From Convolutriloba macropyga (taxonomy: Eukaryota): a DNA stretch of 64,000 nt. Below, piece by piece: positions 28,576-40,202 of the stretch. Each line of letters starts with the position of its first letter. Positions within the stretch are counted from its first letter, which is position 1. The stretch spans positions 1 to 64,000 of the forward strand of contig NW_027452803.1 in NCBI RefSeq assembly GCF_964194025.1, written 5' to 3'. The notes beneath the pieces are model-generated. The model saw nothing but the letters and a program-made list of their open reading frames with translations. It had not been told where the DNA came from and made no database searches. A program made the position numbers and the translations under genes.

Positions 28576-29378
28576 CCACCATTGTGCTCCAGCCAACTGG
28601 AGACCAAATTATCCCTACATAATCACATTTTGCTTCCGCCCAACGCTGCGAACTTCCAGTACGTCAATAGTATTGACCTTCAACAGTCTTCAATTGTGCT
28701 CCAGCCAACTGGACACCACTTTAGCCTTACATAGTTGCCTCAGGCGAGCCCCCAGGGCAATCAACCTCCAGTAGGTCAATAGTACTGACCTTCAACACTC
28801 TTCAATTGTGCTCCAGCCAACTGGACACCACTTTAGCCTCTTATAGTTGCCTCATGCGTTCCCCCAGCGCAATCAACCTCCAGTAGGTCAATAGTACTGT
28901 CCTTCAGCAGTCCTCAATTGTGCTCCAGCCCACTGGACTCCACATTAGCCTTACATAGTTGCCTCCTGCGTTCCACCAGCGCAATCAACCTCCAGCAGGT
29001 CAATAGTACTGACCTTCAAAAGTCCTCAATTGTGCTCCAGCCCGCTGGACACCATTTTAGACATACATAATTGCCTCATGCGTTCCCCCAACGCAATTAA
29101 CCTCCAGTAGGTCAATAGTGCTGACCTTCAAGAGTCTTCAATTGTGCTCCTGCCAACTGAACACCACATTAGACTTACTTAGTCACATTCTGTGTTCCCC
29201 CATCGCATGCAACCTCCGGTACGTCAATAGTACTGACTTTCAACACTCTTCAATCTTGCTCGAGCCAACTGGACACCACATTAGCTCTACCTAGCGGCGT
29301 CCTGCGTTCCCCCAACGCAATCGGCTTCTAATACGTCAATAGTACTGACCTTCATCAGTCCCCAATTATGTTCCAGAA
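28576..29378. repeat. 112-bp minisatellite B (~7 copies)
   Basis: attgtgctccagcc recurs at 28581, 28693, 28805, 28917 and onward. Confidence 0.93.
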
Positions 29379-29424
29379 TACTTTACCTTCAGGACAACAT
29401 TGTCACCGCTAATTGGTTAAACTA

Positions 29425-30072
29425 TTTGACCTCTAATAGTGCAAACCACTTGACCGCTGAAAAGTCAAACTACTTGACCGCTAATAGGTCAAACAATTTG
29501 ACCTCTAATAGGTCAAATTACCTGACCTCTAATAGATCAAACCACTTGACCTATAATAGATCAAACCAGTTGACATCTTAAAGGTCAATCCACTTGACCT
29601 CTAATAGGTCAAACCACTTGACCTCTAATAGATCAAACCGCTTGACCTCTAATAGGTCAAACCAGTTGACCTCTAATATGTCAAATCTGTTGACCTCTAA
29701 TAGGTCACACCACTTGACCTCTAATAGGTCAAACCAGTTGACCTCTAATAGGTCAAATCTGTTGACCTCTAATAGGCCAAATCTGTTGAATTCTAATAGG
29801 TCAAACCACTTGACCTCTAATAGGCCAAATCTCTTGACCTCTAATAGTTCAAATCTGTTGACCTCTATTAGGTCAAATCTGTTGACCGCTAATAGGTCAA
29901 ACCACTTGACCTCTAATAGGCCCAGCCTCTTGACCTCTAATAGGTCGAACTACTTGACCGCTAATAGGTCAAACCACTTGAAATCTAATAGGTCAAACCA
30001 CTTGACCTCTCAGTGACCTCTAAAAGGTCAAAAATTCATCTCAGCTGACCTCTAAGTGACCTCTAACAGGTC
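29425..30072. repeat. 24-bp tandem array (TTGACCTCTAATAGGTCAAACCAC, ~24 copies)
   Basis: Seen directly; it gives rise to the LTSNRSNH repeat ORF. Confidence 0.96.
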
Positions 30073-30168
30073 AAAAATTCACTCGCTGTGACTTCCAAGG
30101 GGCCTATATTCACTCCATTTGACTTTTCAACTTCCTCTAAAGTTCAGATAGTCAGACCAATAACAAAA

Positions 30169-33100
30169 ATGGGAGGTCGAAAGCCATCAATAGTTGGAAC
30201 AGTTAGATTGTTTCACCGAAAACTAAACATTGTCTAAGAGCTCAAACAGGAGCTAGAATATCAAATACACTCAGGTGTGGAACCAGAAGTTGTGTCAGTA
30301 ACACACGATGAACTCAAGAAAACGATGTCACAACTAGACGAACTTGTCGACCGGAAAGAAGATCGCACAAACTGTAAAAAGCCCGAACTTTCCTTCAGAA
30401 ATACTTCAACGCGTCCAAGCAGCGCCACTTCATCACGCAGTAATCGAATACCAGTTCCCTGTGCACCTGAATCTCAGGGAGTTGTCCAAAGTATGCAAGA
30501 TACCCGACAGCAACAAGTCAATAATTTCGCAGACCAGCAATCAACATCCAACCCGAATACTATCGATAGACAAGTGCAGTCCGCCACGGGAGTTTTGCAA
30601 GAAAACTCTAATGGAGCCATCAGTTCTTGTGTACAGAATAGTCTCCAGCCATCAGCACTGGAACAAACAGACTCTGACAACGTAGCAAGCAATCAACATT
30701 CGCCCCTTCAACCAACAGAACCGATTGTCAATCCAACAATTGTTACGCAGACCTCTATTGGCCCAACTTGTGTGTTCCCACAATTGTCTACAGCTTCAAA
30801 TACTCAACTGCCAGTTTTTAGTGGGCAACTTACTCCGGCTGAAAATACTTTCGCCCCTCCCAGGCCCATTAATAACACCGGCATCTTTGAAAATGTACCT
30901 GATCATAGGACACCTGTTCCAATTTCTTTCGACAATCGTTTCCCAACGCCAAGCCATTCCGGCCCATTTCAGGCATATTGCCCAAACAGTTGGTCAAACT
31001 TAGCAAACGGTAGTTTTGAGCCCTCAAATTTAACCCCTCGTGGAACTGTTTACCAAGCAGCTAAAGCTTCGGTAATCAAAACTCCAACCCATATCGTCAA
31101 CGGAACATTCACCGCTCAGTAAAGCTACCGGACATCCGAATTCAGAAGTTCGATGGAGACCCACTCAAGTGGAACGAATGGAGCAGCATGTTTTCTTTGA
31201 CCATCCACAACAACGAAGACATCACTGACACTGAAAGAATGAGCTGTTTGCAAAGTTTAGTCATTGGACCGGCAAAGGATTGCATCTCCGGCTTTCTTTC
31301 CAACCCAAATTTTTTTCTTTCGACCTTCAAGAGCTCAACAGACGCTTTGGAAACCCGCAAAACGTTGTCGGTGCCTTAACAAAAGAACTAGAAGCTTTCC
31401 AAAGACCGGCTATGAATGACCACGCGGCTTTGATAGCTTTCGCTTCGCTGTTAAGAAAGGTTGTTCAGACATTTGCCTCACATGGCTTCAGTGCCGACCT
31501 AAATGCCACGTTCCTGCTCAGAATAGCCCGAGATAAGCTACCAAACCCAATCAAGTTGAAGTGGACCGAACATGTTGTTGACAACGACTGGACAAATCCA
31601 GGTCTCACAGAGCTTTCCGATTGGATGGATCGGCAATCCAGAGCCTTTGAACAATTACAAGACACATTTTTATCAACCACTAACAACCATTCAAGTCAAC
31701 AAAACCAATCACAGGGTTCAAGTTCCTTCAACAATCGGAATAAGAACCAAAATCGTACAAACTGGAAACAGAATTTCCCCGGAAGTAAATGCTCTAAGCT
31801 CAGCAATAAAAGCTTTGAACATAACAGTACAGCGAATAGAAGCATCGATAATGCAAAGCCTCAGCAATCGACGACAAACATTAGCAACAACACGAAAGGA
31901 AGCTTTTGTTTCTCTGGTTCAAAGCAGCCTATGAGAAATGCAACAGCAAAAAGGAGCAGAAAAAAATGCCCGCTTGATCAACAGGATCACTACATTGGCA
32001 AGTGTCCGCAGTTTCTCAGTCTCGATGTTAGCAGACTCAATAGCGAAGCAAAGAAGAACTCTTTGTGCTTCAATTGCCTAAGTACCAGTGACGCAGCCAA
32101 AAACTGCACGTCAAAAGTTCTCTATCGACATTCCAATGGCAAACACCACAGCCTTCTCCACACAGACAGACAAAAAGCACCCGAATCTACAAACTTGACA
32201 GATATTGATCTCCCAATGTGTGAACCATTGGATCAACAGGACAAAAACAATGACAATCTAACCCAGGTTTACAATCCTGGTTTTCCAACGAGAACAAGAA
32301 ATCAACTACAGGTAATAACTGTCACCCTTTTCGGAAATGATAATAAAAGACATAATTTTTATGCCATTCTGGACAACGGTAGCACCATTTCATACGTCCT
32401 CAACACCACTGCCGACAAGGTAGGGGCTCCAAAAACCTCAGACTTTGATCTGAATGTGTCGCACGCATTTGACGAATCCGTCATGCACGCAAATCTTGTT
32501 CGCTTGGACATTGGAAAGCTCAATAGCGACCAACCACTCTTCCGTTTAAACTATGTTCATGCAGTGAGAAATTGGACTTTCAACGATGTACCTGTGAACG
32601 ATTTGAACGAAGCATGTTCGTCCTACCCTCACCTTCAACATATACATTTTCCTAAACTTAGTGATAACAAGATACAGATACTTTTAGGCGTTGACGCTAC
32701 CCAGTACATTTTGGAACGCGAGTTACTTCAAGGACCCTCAGTAAGCCCCTTTGCTTTACGCAATCTTCTCGGTTGGACAATTACAGGCCCAATTAAGCAA
32801 AAAAACGAGCCATTCCTGCAGGAAACAAACTTCCTATCACATAGTTATAGAGCCTCTGACCATGTGCTCACAAATTTAACTGTTGATACTGAAAGACATC
32901 TCAGTGAATGTGTGACCTGTTTCTGGAAAATCGAGAGCACAGGAACCGAATTTGAAGAAACTGCAGATACTTCAACTGACAGTAAAAGAGCGATTTAAAT
33001 ATTACAAGATACAATCCATCATATCGGAGACAGATATGAAATTGGTTTACTTTGGAAACAGGACAGTAAATTGGAAAACAACTATCCGGTTGCCAAAGCA

Positions 33101-36060
33101 CAGCGTGACAGCCTACAGCGCCGACTCAACAAAGATTTTGAGTTGAAGCAATTGTATGAGCAAACTTTGGAAACAAAATTGGAGAAAGTTTATGTCAAAT
33201 CAGTTACTTTCTCAAATCCAGCACCAGAGAAGATTTGGTACCTTCCCAATCACCCCGTCAAGAAACCCAGCAAACCTGGGAAAGTCCGGCGCGTTGCAAA
33301 CGCCGCATCTGTTTTTAAGAAGCAATCGCCAAACAAAAACCTTCTGTCAGACCCCGACCTTCTCATTCTCAACAACGTGGTCGGCTTACTACTCCGCTTT
33401 CGCCAGGATCCTGTTGCAGTAATGGCAGGCAGTGAGGCCATGTTCATTAAAATTTGCATACGAACAGAGGATCAGTCTTGTCTCCGTTTTCTTTGGCCTT
33501 CAAAGAACTCCATACAGCAGTTCGAGTACACGCGACTCATCTTTGGAGCCAGATGTTCACCAACTACAGCTATATTTGTGCTCCAACAAACAGCAAAAGA
33601 CTTCGGAAACAACGCAACAAAAGATCTGATACTGAACAGTTTCTATATGAATGACTTTGTACATTCGTTTGTCAATGAAAAGGAAGCTCAAACGGCAGTT
33701 CAAGACTTGCGACAAATCCTCTCTAAAGGAGGTTTCTGTCTGACTAAGTTTGTCTCAAACTCTGTTCAGTGTCTTAGCAAAACACCCAAAGAACATTGTG
33801 ACAATGAAAAAGACAAACATCGTGTCTTAGGTGTAATGTAGAATACAGTTAATGATATTTTCTTCCACCAGAAGCTTGCCAAAATTCAGGAAGACAAAAC
33901 GGACTACACACTCAGAAGACTCCTTTCCTTAATTGCATGCTTGTTCGATCCATTAGGAATCATTGCCCCATTATTGATTACACTCAAAATCATCTTGCAG
34001 GATACTTGGAAAGAAGGACTTGCATGGGATGATCTCCTGTCAGATGAGAAACAGAAAGCTATAAAAACTTGGATAGAGCAATATCTAAATGTGCCAGAAA
34101 TAGCAATGCCAAGATGATTTGTTTCTCCGAACGAGCCATCTCCGATAAACCAGTTACATTGTTTCTGCGATGCCTCAAAGCTGGCTTATGGAGCAGTCAT
34201 ATACATCAGATCTCAGTCAGTTAACGCCATTTCAACTGGGTTTGTTATAGCTAGAGCTAAAGTTGCGCCACTAAAGCCAATCAGTATCCCGAAACTTGAA
34301 TTGCAAGCAGCCGTGCTAGGATGCAGACTAATGCAATTTGTTTCCAAGCAGCTCACAATACCAGATACCTCAAGACACTTTTGGAGCGACCGTGAAGCTG
34401 TCCTTGCCTGGATCAAAAGCAGTGAAAAGGTGAAAACTTTTATTGCAAATAGAGTGCAAGAGATCCGCAACAACACAGACGTCTCCAAGTGGCAGCATAT
34501 CAGCGGAAAACTTAACCCCGTCGACCATGTCTCCCGAGGAATACCAGCCTGTGATATCAATGTGTTCTGGTTAACACCTTCAGCTTTCTTAAGTGATCCC
34601 GAAAGCCATTGGAAGAACTCCTTGGGTAACAAGGAGGAGACAAACGTCACAATGGAAACATCGAGCGATGAATTTATTATCGACGTCAGCAGATTCTCAA
34701 AGTGGACGCAGTTAATGCGCTCTATGGCTTTTGTCATTAGGTTCATAAAGAATCATAACGAATCTCAGATCGCAACAAAAATGCAAACTAGAACTCGACG
34801 ACATTAACGAAGCCCGAATTTATCTTTTCAAAAAATCGCTAGAAAAGTCCTTCAAAGACGCCATCAAAGACAAGAAACAACACAGGCCTTTGTCAATGAA
34901 ATATCTTCTGCTCCTTTCTTTGAAAGTGGTGAACTTGGACTTCTTCGCGTTGGTGGCAGAACAAAACGAAGCTCGCTACCCTTTGACGCCAAGCACCCCA
35001 TCATCCTGGACTCTAAAGAGCACAGCATTCAACTCTACATACAGAAATGCCACGAAATTTGTATGCACATTGGAGTGGAATACACTCGCAACTCCATACA
35101 ACAGAGATTCCACATTCTTGGAATCAGAATCTTCCTGAGAAGTTTGGCCTTTAAATGTTTCGACCGTTCCCGCTTCCGAACACGGGGACTACAGCCACCG
35201 ATGGCAGACTTGCCAGACATTCGTATCCAGGAAACACAGTCACCAGTCATCTTCACCAATGTCGACGTGGACTACCTTGGACCGTTTGCCGTCGTTCATC
35301 GAGATACATAAGTGAAGAGCTACATCTGCCGATTCACTTGTTTGGTTACAAGAGCAATTCACCTGGAAGTTGCAGAGGACCTCAGCACAGACAAGTGTTT
35401 GACAGCAATCCGACGCTTCATCGCTCGACGCGGCCAACCGCTGTTGTTCCTGTCAGACAACGGATGCAATTTCCTGGGAGCAAGAAAGCAGATCAGAACC
35501 TCTTGAACCTCGGTTCCGCAAAACTCACCCCAGATGTCTTTGCCACGATCGTCAGTGAAGCCGAGTGTCTTGTCAACTCGCGTCCACTCACCCACGTGAG
35601 AAACAACCACGAAGACGACAACCCAATTACACCAAACCAATTCTTGCTTGGAAGGCCCTTCTGCAATATTCCTGGAGCCGTTTTCAACGAGACCCTTAAC
35701 TTGAAGAGTTCGGCGTGGACACAGGTGAAGCAGAGACTTCAGCAGATTTGGAAGAGGCTGCTAACCGAGTTTGTTCCTTCGCTGAACAAACGACCGAAGT
35801 GGACGTCTCGTGAAGCCGCTTTGGAAGTGGATAATGTTGTTTGGCTTCTTGAGGAGTTTACACCAAGAGAAATCTGGCCGCTGGGACGAGTCACACGGAC
35901 TTTCACCGGCCCCGACAACATAGCTAGGTCGTGCGAGGTTAAAACTGCTTTAGGCAAATTAAACAGACCGTCAGTAAAACTTATGCACGTTTACCCCAAA
36001 CCCACTAGCAGGTTAGGGTTAGCTTGTGTCGGCCCCGAGGATGTTAATGCCTCACATTAA
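30169..36060 (+). pseudogene. gag-pol of element 2 (stops, frameshifts, integrase deletion)
   Basis: ATG 30169 in frame with ORF 30277; Gag FDGDPLKWNEW, LNRRFGNP; knuckles CPLDQQDHYIGKC and CFNCLSTSDAAKNC; protease LDNGSTIS, LLGVD; RT WYLPNHPV, LIFGARCSP, FYMND; RNaseH FCDAS, PKLELQAA; integrase VDYLGP, TRAIHLE, SDNGCNF, VNSRPLT. Confidence 0.96.
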
Positions 36061-36254
36061 CTTCGATAATTTTACCGCAATTGTAAGATTGATTCTTATG
36101 ACTTTATAACCCAAAATTGTAAGAGAATGAGAAGTCGACTGTAACCGTAAAATGTAAAATGATGTTATTGATGTATAAAGGAACCAAACAAGAGAAACTA
36201 TGGGAATTGAAACCTTGAAGATAACCTTTATCACTGCGGAATCAAGCGTTATCA
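36042..36254 (+). repeat. 3' LTR of element 2
   Basis: Direct repeat of 25451-25663; the pol ORF runs into it (GPEDVNASH*). Confidence 0.96.
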
Positions 36255-36532
36255 TTGCGGTCACTACAAACATTCCTTTTGAGCGGAAGTAGACGTAATA
36301 TCCTGGTGATTTTGCGTGCAATTTGGGAGTGATGCCGAATTCAATCAGATGAGCTGTCTTGATTCTCTCAGTCACTTGATTCTTAAGTCACTCCAGTCCT
36401 CCAGGAAGCTCGGGGATGATATTAGTACAAAAAAACAAGGCGACAGAATAAAAATGCAAAGCCATATTATTAACTGCACCAATGAATGAACCCCATGAAG
36501 AGAAACTGGCGAAAATTCTAAAAATGATTACA

Positions 36533-36930
36533 ACCCGGGGCGAGGTGGTAAAATTATGACTCGACAAAACGTTGTCTGGGGGGTCATTCCGGGTCGTTAA
36601 ATACACGGTCCCGGAAGAAGTTAACGACCCGGTCTTTTGATTCATAAATCTGTTGTTTCGGAACAATGACCCGGTCTGTCGAGTCATAATACTACCGTTT
36701 CGAATAATAAATCACCGTAATTCGATTCATGCGGCCCGTAATTCGAATCAAAAATCCACATAATTCGAGTCATGCATCTGGTATTTCGAATCGAAGATCT
36801 AAAATTTCGGAACAATGACCCGGTCTTTCGAGTAATAACTGTTGCCTTTCGAATCATAAATCGTCGTAATTCGAACCATGCGGCACGGACTTCAAATCAT
36901 ATATTCACCTAATTCGTGTCATCCCGAAGT
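36533..36930. mobile_element. Probable MITE remnant starting CCCGGGGCGAGG
   Basis: Left end resembles the 14441 terminus; interior repeats gacccggtc and ttcgaatc. No clear right TIR. Confidence 0.35.
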
Positions 36931-37282
36931 ACCATATTTATGAAACGAATTACCCGCGAAAATTTCGTCGGAATCAAACATAAAAGAAATCGTCGGTTTT
37001 ACTTGTCGGAAAATCTACAGTTTAACTAACGAACAACTTTTTGACATTTTCCAGTATGTTTTGGGTGTGTTCCCCACCATACCTTCTCTCAACTGGGCTG
37101 GGGACCGGCTACGGCGGAGTTACAAACAAACAACTATAGGAGATTTTGAGAAGAGCGTTAGGTAAAAAACCAAGCTCAAACTCTATCTCCAAACAAAACA
37201 AAACAAAACATAACAAATCGCTAAATGACTATAAATGATAAATGATAAATCATAAATGACTATAAAACAACTGACTATAATT

Positions 37283-38460
37283 AAAATTCGTTATTCGCGA
37301 AATTCGCAAATTTCCGTTTGAAATACTAACTTTTTTCCTGGGCTAGCTAAACCAAAAATTCCTTTTATTTTAGACTCTAGGTAGACAGGGGATACTACAT
37401 ACCGAGTTTGGTTTGATTTAAACAACTCTATGACCTTACCAAAAAGACCTATTTTAAAAATTATTTATTAGAATTAATCGCAAATTTCCGTATGAAAACC
37501 CAACTTTTTTCCAAGGCAAGCTATAGCAAACATTTTTTTTGTTTTAGACTCTAGGTACACAGGGAATACTCCATACCAAGTTTGGTTTGATTTGGACACC
37601 TCCGTGACCCGATGAAAATTATTCAAAATTAATTATTCAAATTAATCGCCAATTTCCGTACAAAATCCTAACTTTTTTCCTAGGCAAGCTATGGGACACT
37701 CCATGCCGAGTTTGGTCCAATTTGAAGAAGTTTTTGGCAATACGAAAAAGACCTATTTTTAAGAATACTTATTCGAAATTATCGCAATTTTTCGTTCGAA
37801 AATGTAAATTATTCCAGGGGCAAGCTAAAGAAAAATTCTTTTTGTATTAGACGCCAGGTACCATGGAGATACTCTGTGCCAAGTTTGGTCCGATTTGAAC
37901 AAATTTTTTACCCGTTGAAAAAGACCTTTTCTTAAAATTCGCTAATCGCGAAATTCGCAAATTTCCTTATGACTAGACAACTTTTTGCCTAGACAAGCTT
38001 TTGCAAAAATTCTTTTCCACCTACACTCTACCTACACAGGTGATACTCCATGCCAAGTTTGGTTTGATTGCGACAACTCTATGACTCGATCAAAAAGAAC
38101 TATACTTAAAATTTGTTATTCGCGAAAATCAAAAAGTTCCGTATGAAATGCGTATGAAAAACTAACGTTTTTTCTAGGGAAGATACAGCAAAAAAATTCT
38201 TGTTTTACACTCTAACTGCACTGGTGATATTCCATACTGAGTTTGGTTTGATTTGAACAACTCCTTGACCCAATGAAAAAGAACTATTATTAAAATTCCT
38301 TTTTCGCGAAACTCAAAAAATTCCGTATGAAATACTAACTTCTTTACTAGGCAAGCTATCGCAAAAATTCCTTTTCTCCTGAACTCTGTTTACAAAGTGG
38401 TTACTCCTTTCTTAGTTTGGTTCAATTTGGACAATTTCTTGATCCAATCAAAAGTAACTA
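37283..38460. repeat. Degenerate ~175-185-bp tandem array (~6-7 copies); same family recurs at 59820-60540, 62790-62890 and 63890-64000
   Basis: Recurring aaattcgcaaatttccgtatgaaa...ctaggcaagcta...gatactccataccgagtttggtttgatttg. Confidence 0.85.
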
Positions 38461-38869
38461 GAGTTAATATTCTCTCAGCCTAAAATTCTAGAGTTAATGA
38501 CTAGAATTAATATTCGTTCAACCTATATTTCGCAATCAGCCTAAAAGTTTTATTGGACAATACTGACACTCATAATAACCACACTCACTAACTGCATGGA
38601 AAAACAAATAGAAGACAAGACTTCAATTGGTTTCTTTATCGTAAACATAAAACATCAAAGAACTTTTTAATTAGGCATTAAAATTTGGCACATTTTTTAA
38701 AAAAATTGTTCAAAATAAGCAGAGCCTAAGAAGTTCTGTTATCATGAGCAAAGAGTTAAAAATTAGCACATTTTTTGAAAAAAGTTTGAAATCAGCAGAG
38801 CCTAAGAAAGTTTGTTATCATGAGCAAGGAGATAAAATTTAGCACTGTAGATCTGATTGAAATAGTACA

Positions 38870-39174
38870 GTCAGCCTTCGCTATCAGTGGAATTGTAGTA
38901 GTCTCCAAGTACCGAAATCAGAGGACATAAAGCATGCTCTTGCTCGTCGTTCCTTTCAATTTCAGTAACCCATGCCATAAAGGAATCAAATCCTGATGTT
39001 TTGGGGTCAAAGATAATGTATGCTTAACTCCGTCGTTCAAAAGGATAATTTGAACCGTTTGTATTGGCTGCGCCGTTGTCAAAACTGCGCTCTCGAAAAT
39101 TACCACAAATCTGAGACTACAAAAGATCCCATCACTAATGTGCCGCGTACACTGATCAGTAGCTGGGAACTCAT
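38870..39174 (-). pseudogene. Decayed ORF, unknown product
   Basis: Coding-like stretch interrupted by stops (...AYIIFDPKTSGFDSFMAWVTEIERNDEQEHALCPLISVLGDYY...), just downstream of two GCAACAC motifs. Confidence 0.3.
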
Positions 39175-39615
39175 TTCGACAAACTAAAAATCTTCGCGAT
39201 CATTAGAAAAATAACACAACTTATGAGCAATGTCACAACATTAGCCAGAAAGCAACACACTCTCCTGTCTATGTCAAGATATAAACGAAAAACGCCCGAA
39301 GCAAAATAGAAAATTATGGAATGAAATAATACTTTTGCGGCAGAAGGCAACACACCCTCCAACCCTCCTCGTAAAATTAGTTGAACACGCTAGTCCTGGA
39401 TTCATATTATGTATATTTTTTGAGCCAGTCGGAAAAACAAGCACGCAAGTTCAATTCAGCATCAAAAAAGCAGGGTTATCAACTCTTTAATACAGTTTAA
39501 AAGCAAAACAAACTACATTTAAACAATTCAAAAACCTAAAAGAACCAGCTTGAACAATTTTCTAGAGAAAACAAAAATCTATCGTGCTACTTAAAAGCCT
39601 ATTATCTTGCCCCGC

Positions 39616-39870
39616 TCAAGAAACTCCATTCATCTCTAAATCATCACTTTGGTTTGAAGACACCGAAACAGTTGTTATGAAACTTTCATCTTGTGTTAAA
39701 TCGATTAGCTCCACATGTCGAAGACGTTCCAGTTCTTCTACTCTTTTTGTAAGAACAGCAAACCTTTCCTTCACAGCAGAGATCCCACTCCTTAGAAAGT
39801 CAACTTCATTTGACTCGATATTACCAGCTATGTCAGCAGGTTGTATTCGATAAATCAAACGATTGTTCTG
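39616..39870 (-). CDS. Small coiled-coil exon/ORF, unknown product
   Basis: After a ttttcag acceptor: NNRLIYRIQPADIAGNIESNEVDFLRSGISAVKERFAVLTKRVEELERLRHVELIDLTQDES... Confidence 0.35.
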   Translation of the reverse strand, partial: QNNRLIYRIQPADIAGNIESNEVDFLRSGISAVKERFAVLTKRVEELERLRHVELIDLTQDESFITTVSVSSNQSDDLEMNGVS

Positions 39871-40202
39871 AAAACTCAAAATTGTTTGCCTCATTACGTC
39901 TGGAAAGATGCAAATTTTCAGAACAAGCAAAAGAAAAATAAAATAGAAAGACTGGAAGTTGCCTGCGTTCTGCAAGATGACTTTGCTTTCAACTAAACTT
40001 TGCAAAATGATTGTTTAAAATTTATGTCAAGAAAATAAAACAAACAGACAATACGTTAAACAGTCATGCAGCAAAATTACTATTCCAAATATCGCCTGAG
40101 CAAACTGATTTTTTTTCAATCTATATAATGACAATAACAGATATGATACGTTAATGAATCTTGCAGCGAAGCTATTATTAAAATTGAAACTGAAAATAAA
40201 AA

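Larger units (their letters stand above)
25451..36254 (+). mobile_element. BEL/Pao LTR retrotransposon 2 (10.8 kb, decayed)
   Basis: 213-bp LTRs with TG...CA ends, TTGCG TSD (25446-25450 / 36255-36259), and BEL-type gag-pol. Confidence 0.97.

Noticed and set aside
25897-28774. Dozens of 77-85-aa ORFs on both strands
   Set aside because: Products of the 112-bp repeat (period not divisible by 3, a stop every cycle); not a gene family.
29425-30010. CRISPR-like palindromic repeat
   Set aside because: Only ~5-nt linkers; it is a plain minisatellite.
29594-30016. LTSNRSNH repeat protein
   Set aside because: Translation of the 24-bp array; TTG start, stops on both sides, not joined to gag.
25310-36490. 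Host ORF split by element 2
   Set aside because: The rejoined flanks look faintly coding but contain several stops and no recognisable motif.
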